Origin: Trichoplax adhaerens
Taxonomy: Eukaryota > Animalia > Placozoa
Assembly (NCBI RefSeq): GCF_000150275.1
Contig: NW_002060948.1
Span: forward strand, 3,423,183-3,487,182
Length of the DNA: 64,000 bases
Direction: 5' to 3'
This document shows positions 12,940 through 26,600 of this stretch, piece by piece. Position 1 is the stretch's first letter, and every line of letters starts with the position of its first letter. The notes under the pieces are model-generated. The model worked only from the letters and a program-made list of their open reading frames with translations. It ran no database searches and was not told the DNA's origin. Made by a program: the position numbers and the translations under genes.

Positions 12940-14946
12940 TCATTGAAGACACTGACTAATTAACTCTATACGTTTTTGGTACGAATTACTTAATTTCTTA
13001 TCCACAATATCTTGCAATTTTGCCATCTTTGCCGCATTATCCCTGTTTTGATCGATGATCTTTATCAACTTTTTTCGAAATTTTAGAATCGCTGGATTTT
13101 CCGATGTTGTTAACCTTCTGTGAGGACTACGATAATCCTTCAGCATCGCTTCAAATTCATCTAATCAATGAAAATCAATTCAATTAGACAAACATATTAT
13201 AGAGCCCTTCCCCCCCCCAAAAAAAATAATAAATTGCCAACTTTTATTGTAAATGAGAAAGTGCATTGCTTTAAAACAATCCAGTAGTTGTGTTCGCGTT
13301 AATTTGAATCCCATTTCTTATATCATACCTTTTGCTATGGCCTCTGCTTCTAAAGAATCTATTTCATCCGATGGGTAGTCGTCCTCTTCTTCTTTTTTGT
13401 TTTCATTAGGACTTTCATCATCTTCTCCTAAAACCATATCACGCATCCTTTTTTCTACTTTATTAGATGCTTTCCGACGTAACGTGTCTCTTATTGTGCT
13501 TAGTACTTCCATATTTCCATTGTAGAAATCAAAATCCTCGGATAATCGATTGAGTCGAGCTTGTGCTTCATCTTCCGCCATCTTAACCGAAAAGGTATAT
13601 CTTATACCATCGAAATCATTGGACGGTGGTCTTGCTGAATGATAGATTGTACTCTGGAAAATAACACTTCGTCCATAACGTGGTCTTACTTCAGCAATGT
13701 AGTTACTATCATCGGTATTTTTCTCAAAATAAGCCGTTTCTCCACCCATTTGTGCAGTCCAATTGGGATTTAAATATGTGACCATCGTCCATTGATCAGC
13801 AGCTTGTGAACAATCATCATGGACTTTTGTTCTATGGTTATTTCGAATTAAATTACATGAGACATCATAAGGGAAATAAGTAGTGCGGCTACCAACATGT
13901 CGAGCAACTTGTTGATGAATTTTCCATAAATTGCTATTTGCAAAATCTAGTACAGAGAAAATAGCCATCCATGATACACCGTCACTACCATCGTCTTGCA
14001 TATCTGCATAGAAATATTTTTTATATTCCACAAGTTTCCGTAATCCTTCCAGTTCTTCAGGAGTAAATAAGTTGTCTAATACATAGATTTTTTTACCATT
14101 TTCGCCAACATATCGTTGTGTAATATGTTTCTCTACATTGAGTACTCGATTTGCCGATACGGGTGCAATATCATTTAACTTTGTGTTACGAATATTTCTT
14201 CGATGTTCAAATTTTTTCTTATAATATTCGATACCGTTTCGTAACTTTTCACTTGATTTAGTTAATTTAATATGGATTGTTTTGAGAGGATCGTAACGAT
14301 CTATTGCTGGAGGCTTATAAAGATGCTCGATCGATGAATCGAACATAACCATTCTAAAGGCAAGAGGATGGACAGCACTGACAATTTCGTTATTATCGTC
14401 ATAGAATACAATATCGCCGTAATCATTCTTTTTCCATTTGCCTGTTAAATAGAAGATAGCACTAACATCGTCGTCACGAGATGGAGTATCAGTAGATTTC
14501 TTGGGAATTTCAGATCTTGTAACTAATTTAGCAGCGGCCTGATAAATATGATAGTCGTTACCTTGTTTATCGCCTTTAAAATGTTTTACAGCTCTAATAA
14601 GTTTTTGACCGATCTTTGATTTTTCCATAAACTGAGGATCGAGAAATGTTTTCCATAAGATATGATCAGGGCTTTCTTCTTTATAATCGCTACCATTATT
14701 ATAGTTGTTAAGTGTCATTTCCCACTGTCCAAGACTGGATAAATATCGTCGGAACAGAAAGACATTGGAAGGTGGTGTAAAGTCATTATAGATCGAAATT
14801 TTTCGATTATCGGACGTATAGAATGAACGGTAAAGATTTTGATCCAAGTTATCCTTTTGATTTACATTCTCGGACTTTTCGGCGTTGCTAACCGTAATGA
14901 CAGTGCAAATAATAAGTAGAAATACACACGCCAATAACCTTTGCAT
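12940..14946 (-). CDS. Secreted tandem-domain 2OG-Fe(II) dioxygenase, paralog 4, ~612 aa
   Basis: Exons 14946-13329 and 13160-12940 (phase-1 GT-AG). Signal peptide MQRLLACVFLLIICTVITVSNA. Motifs VHDD / YHSARP / RYTF. Confidence 0.85.
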
Positions 14947-15349
14947 CCTAATTCTCGATATAGCTATTAACCTGTTGCTGGCAATTATTTATGGATTAGT
15001 ACAGGTATGAAGTACTAAATATCGTGGATAGTCGAGCTGACAAGATTGTCGGGAAGGAAAGTAAATCAAGTAAAGGTGTAAATTTATCGTCAGTTGTGAT
15101 TTTAATGTTTCCTATTACTATACCATCGGATATGCGTACATGAATAGGCACGTAGCTATAATAATTATATATATAATAGACATACGTATAATAATTAATC
15201 TATTCATGATTGATTATCTATTATGATACACGTATAATTGTTTAGAATAATTCTAATTCTATTGGAATTCAGTTAAACTTCGAAGATCCTAATCAATGCA
15301 TGTTGGCTATTCCACTTTAATTACCATTGATTTAGTAGTATGCTATTGA

Positions 15350-16720
15350 TTTGTTAGACTACAGAAAGTAATGACGGTTGCAGATAACTAGTATAGAATT
15401 GGTAAAGTGGTGCAGATGTTATGCAATAGGATAAGGCAAATGGTCATACCGGCAGTCTGCGATACTAGGTGAATGGATAACGCTAATCTTCAGTACATTA
15501 AAATGACTGTACTACTGCCAGTAGATATTAGAAAGGAATTATTGTTTGTGTAGAGCTAGAATATAATTACTACAAAGTGGTATAGATATTAGGCTACTCA
15601 ATGCAAGAGAATGATCCTAGGGCAAGAATATCATATGAACAGATAACATTAATCTACGTCAATTATCATACTGCATTATTGCCGGTAAGCTTTGTAAAAA
15701 AAATTATCGTTTGTATAGAGCTAGAATATAAATAATACGAAGTCATACGGATATAAATGATCAGAAGATTAGTATATAATGTAAACGGATGGTATTGATC
15801 TACGTTAGCTACTATATTATTACCGGTGAGCTGTAGAAAGGAATTATCGTTTGTATAGGGCTAGAATACAATTAATGTAAGGTGATATGGATATTAGGCC
15901 GCTTAATGCTAGAAAATGATCATAGGATAAGATTATAATATGAATGGATAACACTAATCTACGTTAGCTACTGTATTATTATCGGTAAGCTGTGGAAAGG
16001 AATTATCTTTTGTATAAAGCTAGAATATAATTAATTTAGAATGATATGGATGTTACAGTTGATTTCACTTACACTGCCAATAGACTGCCGAAAGAAACTA
16101 TTACATTATATAGAAACTATCTATAAGCTAATAAAGTATAACCTGATACATGAAATGATATTAAGGAGAGTATATGATATAAAAGGATGGCTCACTAATT
16201 TACAGTTGACAGCAGTACTACTGCCTGTAGATTGCAAGAAAGAATCATTGTTTTTATAGAATTATCATTTACTTAATAAAGTATAATTTGATACAAAAAA
16301 TGATAATAGGCCAAGTTTGTGATATGAGTAGATAGCATTAATCTATATTTAACTATTGCGTTACTACCGATAGACTACAGAAAGGAATTATTGCTTATAT
16401 AGAGCTGAAATATAATTAATATAAAGCGCTACGGAGGTTATGCTGTATAACACGGTACAAGAAGTGATCATAGGGCAAGTTTGTGGTATGAAGGGATAGC
16501 ATTAATTTCGGTTGACTATAGCACTATTGCTGGTAGACAGCAGAAAAGTACTTTGTCCGTTTATATATAGAACTAAAATAGTTAATAAAGTAATAAGAAA
16601 TGCAATCACTTTCTAAGATATTGTTCCTGATGAATGGTAATACTACTTAATACAAGAAGTGATAATAGGATCATAGGGCACGTTTATGATACGAGCGCAT
16701 AATGCCAATTTACTCTTACT
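15350..16720. repeat. Degenerate tandem repeat, units mostly ~140-165 bp, about 8-9 copies
   Basis: A core resembling GAAAGGAATTAT(C/T)GTTTGTATAGAGCTAGAATATAATTA recurs at ~15531, 15698, 15836, 15995, 16090, 16237, 16380 and 16543, with a companion motif GGATAAC..TAATCTAC. Confidence 0.8.
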
Positions 16721-17646
16721 CACGGCTTTACAATATATTGCTAAGTCTGATGAACACCAATACGAGACAATATCATTCACTACTTGAACATAATGTAGAT
16801 TTCTATTCAATACGCATTAAAGTCGTGTAGTAAAGTCATCTTAACTTTGTTACGTTCGTATATTGTCAATGTTAACTGCATCTATAAAATTGATAACTTG
16901 TAGCATGACCAACCATCATTGTCTAGATTGAACTCTATTCTCATTCTACTTGAATCTCCATCACTTATACAAGGTAAAAACACTAATGCTGAAGCCACAC
17001 CAGTTGTATGAACATACCTTTAATTAAAAACTTTGAAAGACTGACGTCAAACATTCTTACTTTATCGTTAATGATTGAAGATTACAGCTGAGACGGAAAA
17101 CCTATAGCAATAATATATTCGCTAGGGTTGCTTTGATATAAAATTGTTTTATTTTAACTTAACATTTACAATCTAGTAATCTATGAAAAAACGGCAGGAG
17201 TCAGTAGCACATACTTGTTACTGTGACACCCAAATTGGATACATGTTTAATATTAATATTAGCTAAATGATGGATATTATACAAATAGTTGACGTCATAA
17301 CTTTGATGGATACATTGACGCTAATATTATAGCCTATCTTGTCAGCCTATAATATTAACCAACGAGCTGCTATATTTACACTATACAATTATTCGTTGAA
17401 AAATATCTCTTTAAATTGAGTGATATCCAGTTTCGGACTAATTCAAGCATATTTTAAAAATATAAATTAAATTTCGCAGAGTCATCTAAAGGTGTTATAA
17501 AATTTTACAAATTTTCTTGACTTCTGTTATAACTAAACACAAATAAGTATGTCAAAATAATGACATATTGAACTTCTCGATAGCAGTTTGCGATCTCGTG
17601 ATACCACATCCCAAATAAAGAGCTAGCTAGCTGTCATGTATTGATA

Positions 17647-20600
17647 TTAGGCTGTAATTATCATACCACGCAACATTATTTTATAAGTTTCGGTTCCGTA
17701 ATCCTTTAGTGTCATCTGTACAGTGAAAATTAAGAAACAACTCTTTAGGTAATACATTTGAAATTTAGGTTAACTTCTAAAACTTAGTCAAATCATAATA
17801 AATTAGTATACTCTATAATAGATTGACTACTAGTCGGTGAGATTCTAATGACTACAAACGGCATCAAGAAACTAAAATAGATTTTCATAGAGATAAACTA
17901 TAGTTCGTATTATCATAACAGATGCAGTGTATGATTCATCTACTTTGATAGACAAATAACTGCGAGACACATCAATAGGTATCATTATTTATAAATAGTA
18001 GAACAGATAGCACAAATAGTTAACGCATAAACTTACAGTAAGGTCGAATTCCACCGGAATATTCGGCTAAAAGGCGACAGGAAGAATATGAGTACATAAT
18101 TTGAAGAAATGGTAGATTAGTATTATGCTCGAACTGCCAACGAACGATATTTTTACTACTATTTCATGCAAATAACTAAGTAGTATGATTGATAGGTAAT
18201 TGTATAATGAGACTGCCTTACATTGTGGCTAATTGGTGGGGCCCACGTAAATACAATAGTTCTTCGAGCTCCAGGATCTAAGCCTCCCTAAAGAATAGTA
18301 ATAGCGGAGTTAGCTATTTAATACTCCTATGATTAATTGACTAAGAGTTAGCTTATGACATACTCTAGTAGGATCGACTGAAAATCCTTTAGCACTAGCT
18401 GAATGTAAATCGTCAAACCAAAATTCTCCAATCTATAATTCATATCAGAGATTATGTATTACAAGGTAGTAATGGATTGTTAATTATGGCAAAAAAATAT
18501 CATAGTTAAACCTAATGTAAAGCAACTTATCAGAAGTTAACCTTTTTGGTAGATTGTAACACAGTTCTAACGCAACCAATTTCAATCTCCCTATTAACAG
18601 GTACATAACCATTTTTACCGTACCAACTTTTGAAGATTAATAATATAGGATGAGCTTTCTTAACCAACTTTTGGTCTGAAAGTGACAAAAGATTTAGTTA
18701 TTCACATCTTGAAATATTTTAATAATGGGATTAATGATACTGTCACAATTTTCCTTTAGACACTAATTTAATGTGTTTAAAAAGCTTCCGCTACCTTCTT
18801 CGACATCTGCATTTGTCGACGTCGATAATGATTCAGTAGTTGGCTCAATTCTGTCGCCACCTAATGCATACAACGTCAATGGCCATGCTTTTCCGATTAA
18901 TCTTAAATGATATGTTTTGACCTATATGATATAAAGTTGTTATAGATGCCCCAATCCATTAATTAAGGTTAAATTTTTCAAATATTTAATGATTCGAATT
19001 CATGATACTACTTAACTAGTGCTATTAATGCGAGTGAGCTATCGTATAATCGTATAATGGTGGAAGCTATTTACTTACACTATCAAATAAGATAATTCTG
19101 ACCAAATCGGAATAGTATTTACTAGGATGATCTGGAGAGAAAATTACGGTAATTTCTTTCGATCCGCCTATATTGCGTAACGATATATCATAATCAGTGC
19201 CACATGCACATAGATATTAAAGACATTTGCTAATCAGTGCAGTAAAATATAGGATAATAATACCATCACACCGATCTGTATGATCCAGTTGATATTTTAT
19301 TCCTACCTGGCTTAATGGTACCTTGAACTGGGCTACAATCGAAAACACATAGTCCACTGTAATTAGCCGGACCTAAGCAGAAACAAAAATTAAGATTAAT
19401 ACTAAAGAAATAGAGCATTAAGAACAACTTCAAATATGATGCTCATTCTGTTTCACGATCAGACGCTTTCGCAGCAGCTTAGAGATATTACCGACGATAG
19501 GAGTATTGTCATCGAATTTTTTCTCTATGGCTAAATTTGCTAATGGCTTGACGGTTTTATTCCTCTCATAAATGCTATCCTGCTTGATATTAAACGTAAC
19601 TGGCAGCATAGAAGTGTTGGTTATCTGTTGATTATTATGATAATATAATTGTCAGCCGTTGATAGCAATTGCTTAAGATAGAATTACTTAAATAGATCAG
19701 ATTCAGATAAATATTTACCAAATAATAAATATAAATTTCTTTAACTATTCCTATTACCTTGAAGGTTTCAGCAATAGCATCACCGGTTAATAAATTGCCA
19801 AAATCTAAAATATGATTTGGAATTGATAGTTGTATACTAGGCGCGACGCCTTTTCCATGTAATCTTATAGCTAATTTCGAAAGTGAGCTGACAATATTCA
19901 TAACTTCCAAAAACTAGAAAATTGTGTATGGATACCAAATAAAAGTTACCAATTGCAATAAATTTAGCTACTAGTAACAATTACAACTTACCTCTTTATT
20001 TTCCTTAGGAGTAAAAGAAATAGAAACAGTATGAGAATTTCCTGGTGACAAAACTCGCATAGCGTTAATCATTTCGAATGGGCCAGCAGTGTCCAGTATT
20101 GTTGAATATAACTACAAATAAAGATAAAATGTTAGCTTAATACAGAAGGTACTGAATTTATACGATCACAGATTTAATACGAATAAACCTTGAGTGTTGT
20201 GTCAGATATATTCTGTATAATAACCGATCTGGTTTCAGATTCACCTACATCGAATACATTCAGTAGTTAATAATGTCTTAATTTACCCGCATAATACGTT
20301 AATAAAATGTAGAAATGTAGTTACTTACCGACGCTAACTGTTCCATAATCAATAACGTTATCACCATTATTGGAGATTACTATCAAAGCTGGACTAACCA
20401 CTGTGCCAAGAATTTCAAGATAAAGTGTATTGTAAATACTACAATAAAACATGTACAAGATTAGCATTTACTTCGCTGCTATCGAAAAGATAATATGTTC
20501 AATATAATGAATTCATAGTCCTTCCTTTTCATGTGAAATGTTTATGCTCATATTCTTAAAACAATAGCACTAATTCACATCATTTACCTACCTGTACTGT

Positions 20601-23600
20601 AATTTTTTCGTACTGCTGATGCTACCACTTGCAACAAAACAAGGAATTTTATAATTGACCGACTGGCTTACAAAAGAACGAAGAAGAGAAAGCTTTGCTG
20701 CGGCGTATTCATCAGAACTGCTATTAGCAAATAATAAAGCAAAAAAATTTGAGCCACCTATTAAATCAAATATCAATTTTACCATATTGAACTTACCTTT
20801 CGCCCTGAAGATTCTTATCAGCTGTATTCGCTTGCTTATTTACTTTAGCTGTAATATTAGAGGGAACTGACGCGGTAGATTTCAATTGAGCCTTGGGTGA
20901 TATTGGTCTCTTATTATATGCTCCTTTCTTTTTCTTTTTCTATAGATATTATTCAATACATCAAATTAGATTGTTAATCCATGTAAGGTATCTGATAAAG
21001 TCTGCGACAATATCGACAAACAGTAATGGTACAAACATGAGCATTTTCTTCCATCTCTTGACGTAACAGATCTGCTGCTCTACGCTCTTCTTCTTTTCGT
21101 TTAGTTTCTTGTCGTGCAATAGTAATACGTTGACACTCCGCTTCAATATCTGCGCCTTGTAATCGCGGTGAAAACCTAACTTCTGCAACTATACGCTGAC
21201 CCGGTTCAACAGTGCCAACATTAGGAGATATTGTAACCGGACAATCATCAGGAACAACAAATTCGAAGGATGTTGATCCAACATCTGCGATGGGTCCATT
21301 ACCAATCCGAGGTACCGGATGCGTAAATTGATTTTTATCAAGATGAGTATTTTCCACAAAAATGGTGGAAATACTAACATCATTGATAGCTGTTGCAGCG
21401 AAGTTAATGACATTGGAGGATAATTGTAATGGCGGTAATACACCTACAGCCTTACAAGGTAGTTTAAATTTGCTATAGATGGACAAAATATTCAATAGGA
21501 ACAAACATTAGTCTGAAAATACGTTCATAATTAGTCCAGTATAGTGCTACGAAGATAAAGCTAAAACAAAATTTTCCAAATTCAAGGATTCAATACGTCG
21601 TAATAATACCGATCGACTGTTGTCTTGCATGTCAATTCAAATGAATACTCTCCGGCTTTTTGAGGGCTAAAGATAATGTCAATTTCCAACTTTTCGAAAG
21701 GTAAAAGCATTCCAAATCCATCGCCTGGCTGAACTGAAATATACTAATACACAAGAAGTATAACAATTACGGGTTTTACATCGACTGGCTCAAGCCCTAA
21801 AGAAACTATTTTATTCTAACTATATTTAATTGATTCCCTAGCAACATATCTTTCATGCGTACATCGTTCAGATTGGCTCAAGCCCTAAATAAATTATTTT
21901 ATCTCCAACTATATCTAATCTACTCCCCAGTAACGTATCTGTCATACTTACATCATTTAGGTCAATAAATCCGAATGATTGCGGCAATGATGATTTATTT
22001 TCAATGGTGATAGTTGATATAACTGACTCATGAATAGTGCAATAGCCGAAATCAACGCCTTCAACTGAAAATTCAATATCTGATACTGTCACTTCGCCCT
22101 TAACGTTGAATATAACTGGTCTAGTCTAAAAATAGACAAACGAATTAAGAGATTTTACATTATTATTATTTGGCAATAGTCAGTTGTTCAGAACAAATGA
22201 TAGTCAGGTAAACTGAAATAGCAACCTGGTCGGCGACTTTAATTGTGATCGGTATATCCATTTCACCGCTTATTGGGTCAACGTACTTTTTACACGTTTC
22301 ACGAATATCTCTCCTAATAAATTATCAGTCACGATGATCAAACTGGGTTCCATTGATGTATTTAAATCAAATTTAAAAAAGATTTCATTCAATTTTTATA
22401 GTCATACTACCTTGGAAGAAATTTTAATTGAGCAGAAAATGAGGATTCTGCTTGAACGATACCATGGCGTGGTAATATTTCAAGATGCTCTTGCATTGGC
22501 TTAGGCACATCAAATCGTAATCGTAAAGCAGATGTCGCCCTGTACGAATTAAAATACAACTTGGTATCTTATTACTGCTTAAATATAAGTTGGAATAGTA
22601 GCAGTGAATATTTATAGTGCACCAATTGGGTTGCTTTCCGTACCTGTTTTGAATGATGACAGAATCTTGATATAATCTGTCAACCATGCATACTTTAAGG
22701 TCGATTACCTATTTTAAAAAAAAAAGATAACAGACGCTTTTAGTCAGCTGAGAGTGTTTTCCAATGCCAGTATCATAGCAAGCGTATCTTGTTAAAATAC
22801 GCGTACGTATATAGCAACGCTAATTAATCTTATTCATTGATGGACTCTGATAGATATGCAATACTTTTATATGACATATCCGTATTACCTGTCTCTTGAC
22901 CCAAACAGCAACATCAATCCCTGTTCCTACAGCAGTAACTACGATCTAGGTATAACGTTCAAATGTAACAGACGAAAATATCAAACATATGCTACATTGT
23001 AATAACTGATCATTTACCTACATTTTATAAAAAAGTATTAATAATTACTTACCGGCACTGATTCAGGATCAGTAAAAGCTATTTGAAAATCTGAAGTAGC
23101 TCTACCCGTCACCAAGGGGGCAAAGTTTAATTCAATTTCAACACTTGAAAACGAGTTGATATGACCCTTGAATTTCTAGCGAAATAGAGAAATTCTTTCT
23201 CAAAAATGATAATTTAATGCTGTATTCTTACCGAGAACTGACGCTATAATATATTGCTAGGATAAAATCAGATAATCAAGTAGGTAAGTCAACAAAACTG
23301 ATTTATCATTTCATTATTACCTCTCCAATTTGAAGTGCACTATTTTTATCGATAGCTAAAACATCTGAATCTTCACTGACAGTATGGGTCGAGAGAACAG
23401 TACCAGTTGAAGCTAGAAGCAATATGAATTGTTACTTGCAATCGCATAGCTCGTAAAAAATTATTTAAAGATTTTAACTACCATAACAAGATCATGAAAG
23501 CTGTTAAATTACCCCGGCTTTCTATTTGTGATAAAGAATCTCCTTTATCGGTTATATCGCTAAGTAATAAACTTTTCTTGTCATCTTCAATAGAAATCAA

Positions 23601-26600
23601 GTCTGGCGGTTGATTATCATTTAATAATTCCTTTTCTGCTAGCGATGTATCGTCCTTAATCGTGACTTGTTTTTCGCTCGTTACTGCAGCAGTATTCGAT
23701 AATGGGCTGCTCCGATCCTTGTCATCCGGTAAGGCATCAGGTGCAACTGTCGATGCATTGGATTTATCATCATTACCCATTTTTTGAGCATCTGTTGAAT
23801 CTTCAATGCCAGCTTGCTGATTTAACTTTTCGGTAACTGATAGAGACGTCGATTCCTTCCTTCCAACTGCTTCATAGTTTTTATCATCTTTCTTTATGCT
23901 TTGTTGCGATAAAGACCTAAAACTGATTGATTTTTGAAAGGTGGATGTTGGCTTTGGTTCTCCTTTGTAATCCAAAGCTAATTTCCCTTTATTGGGATCT
24001 TGTTCTGTGATGACAGTTGTCTAGAAATCATTCATGTTGTGATCGTAAGATCGATTACTATACTTTATTATACCACACTATATTAATAGGGAAAAATAAT
24101 CTACTCACAATACGACCGATAGTTCCTGGTGGACTAGCAGATTTAGGAACCTCTGTTAACCGTCAAGTAAAATTATAGAAAGATACACATCAAAACCTTA
24201 AATATATAGCTAGATCAGTTATTGTTATAAATGATATCAAAACGAAACGAAATAAAAATTATATATAATATTACCGATTATCCTTGTAATCTCATATTCC
24301 GTGTCTAGTGCACCATCGTTTATCAACGTTAGGTGCATTGTCTTCTTTTCTCCAACACATAGCTGGCCAAAGTCTAAACGTTCGACATTAGTTTTCAATG
24401 CGCATTTTTTCTTATAGATTTTTAATGGGACAGTGAAAGGACCAGTTTGAGCAAGAAATTTAAGTTCCCCTTCTAAATTTTCGTTGATCTAATGATAAGA
24501 TAATAGGTACAATTTATTTAGTTAATACCAGTACTACATTTCGAGTAGCAATATCTAGAGTATCATACGCTTCAAAAACTCATCTAAAAATTTAGAGGAA
24601 ATACTAATAACTTTCTTTTATCGATGTGTATAAGCCAAGTAATAAATTTAAGCTTTACTGAATGCTTGTATATCTGCTTGTGATAGACTAAGAACACTAA
24701 TATGCACGAGGTTGATTTGTTATTCAACACTTTATGTCTCTGTATAGTCTAATTGCAGTAAGATAGTCCTTGGTAGTTTATGAGACGAACCTAATCTTAT
24801 GTAATAAAGTGAAGTTTACAAGGAATTATAGTTCTTGTTATATTTTTGAGAAGACACTTTATCACAGTCTCACGAGTAAATGAAACTGCAAGTAAATAAG
24901 AAACGATAGGGAATACATAGATTTCATTTTCAAATAAGAAACGATAGGGCATACATAGATTTCATTTTAACAATTTGGATACGTAACAATAGTAGTGGGA
25001 AGTGAAGTACATTTATGATACTTCTTCAAACAGATTACTTGAGATCATGCATAAATGGTGGATTTACTTGCAAATAAACAAAGATTTCTTATAGTTAGAA
25101 AATAAAAAATAGTGACAATGACTAAGATAATGGTATTAATTTAGTAGGAATAATCAGGTATGATAGAATTAATGACACTTCGCTGTAAAATGTAATTAAA
25201 GTTAGATAAAAGATATACCTTCGGAGTAAATATGACCATCATTTTGCATGTTAGACCGGCAGACATGTATCCAGGAGGGTTAAATCTAAATGGAAAGTTT
25301 TAATGATTAATTAAGATTTGTAATTGCCGAACAGTAACTGCATTCATTTTATCAATTGCTAGCGCAATTAAGTATTAGCAACTTGTAATAGATTTGATTA
25401 CTTTATTTCGATAAAGTCCTTCAACTGTTTTGATACGTCCAAGAATTTAACAGAATTGATGCTGTACGATACATTGGTTAACTGAACCACTTGTTTGTAA
25501 GTTTTACCAACACTAAAATCCTGCAACCGTAGCCATTGTACATTAGTTATCAAAATTAGATCGAAAATTATCAGCGTTCGTAGACGAAATATCTTACTAA
25601 CCTTAAAAACTATCACTTCTGGATTACTAGAAAAGGCTTTTCCCTAAGTTTTAACCAGAGTAATTCATCAGCCAGAAATTTTATGCATGAATTAAAATGA
25701 AAGCAACTTGTTAATTAATAAAATTAAACATATAATGGATTTACTTTAAATTCCCTTCCGGAAACAATTTGTTTTTGTATCATTTTCGTATATTTTTCAC
25801 CAAGTTGCTCTTGATCTAGCAGTTGCTAAAATTATTTCGAGAATTATTAGTATAAATGGAATTTTATTACTGAAATAGTTTACAGTGCAATTGAATTGTG
25901 TATCAAGTTACTATACTGTATACTCTAAAGTCTCACACTTTTGATCAACACAGTTAAGATTGGTAGGATCAATTAATGCAACGCCTCTCTTTGTTGGTAA
26001 CACTAATTTGAAACTTTCGTAATACGAATAAAACATACTACGAAAAAACTAATTCCTATTGCAAGTAACCAAACACCTTCGATAGAATTAAGTGGATATC
26101 GTGTGCCGTAATATTGTAATAATCCTCATAATAGGAACAATAAAATGTCGAATTACAACGTAACTGTATAATTAAAATTTGCTAGTTATACCGATTCATC
26201 TTCAGCGTCAGCTTGTTCCGAATTATAATAATGGCCATACAATTTAGAATCATCTCGCTATTGTATCAGCACAATAATTCCGTTAATATTGAAACCAAGC
26301 AATATCTTCGCGTTCAGTGACATAAGGTTTAAAAAGATCTTGTAGAAGGTTTATTTACCTTATCCGCACTTTGACTCCACATTCCTTGAAACTCAGGTAT
26401 AGCAAAAGCTTCTTTATCATCAATAATTTCTCTGGTATAAAACATTGTTAAATTGAGTAATTTAGTGGTCAAATCTTATAAATACTTAAGTAATATTTTT
26501 TGTATAAGAGGCTTGTAAACTAGTTCATACGGTGATATTGCTTGGTTGGCATCATCAATTACATCTTTCATTTCATCTTCATCTGAAGACTGAGTTTGGA

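Noticed and set aside
4332-14946. Oxygenases as Fe/2OG halogenases
   Set aside because: They keep HxD; halogenases have HxG/A.
15350-16720. Repeat array as a CRISPR locus
   Set aside because: Whole units are homologous and degenerate, with no unique spacers; the DNA is eukaryotic and there are no cas genes.
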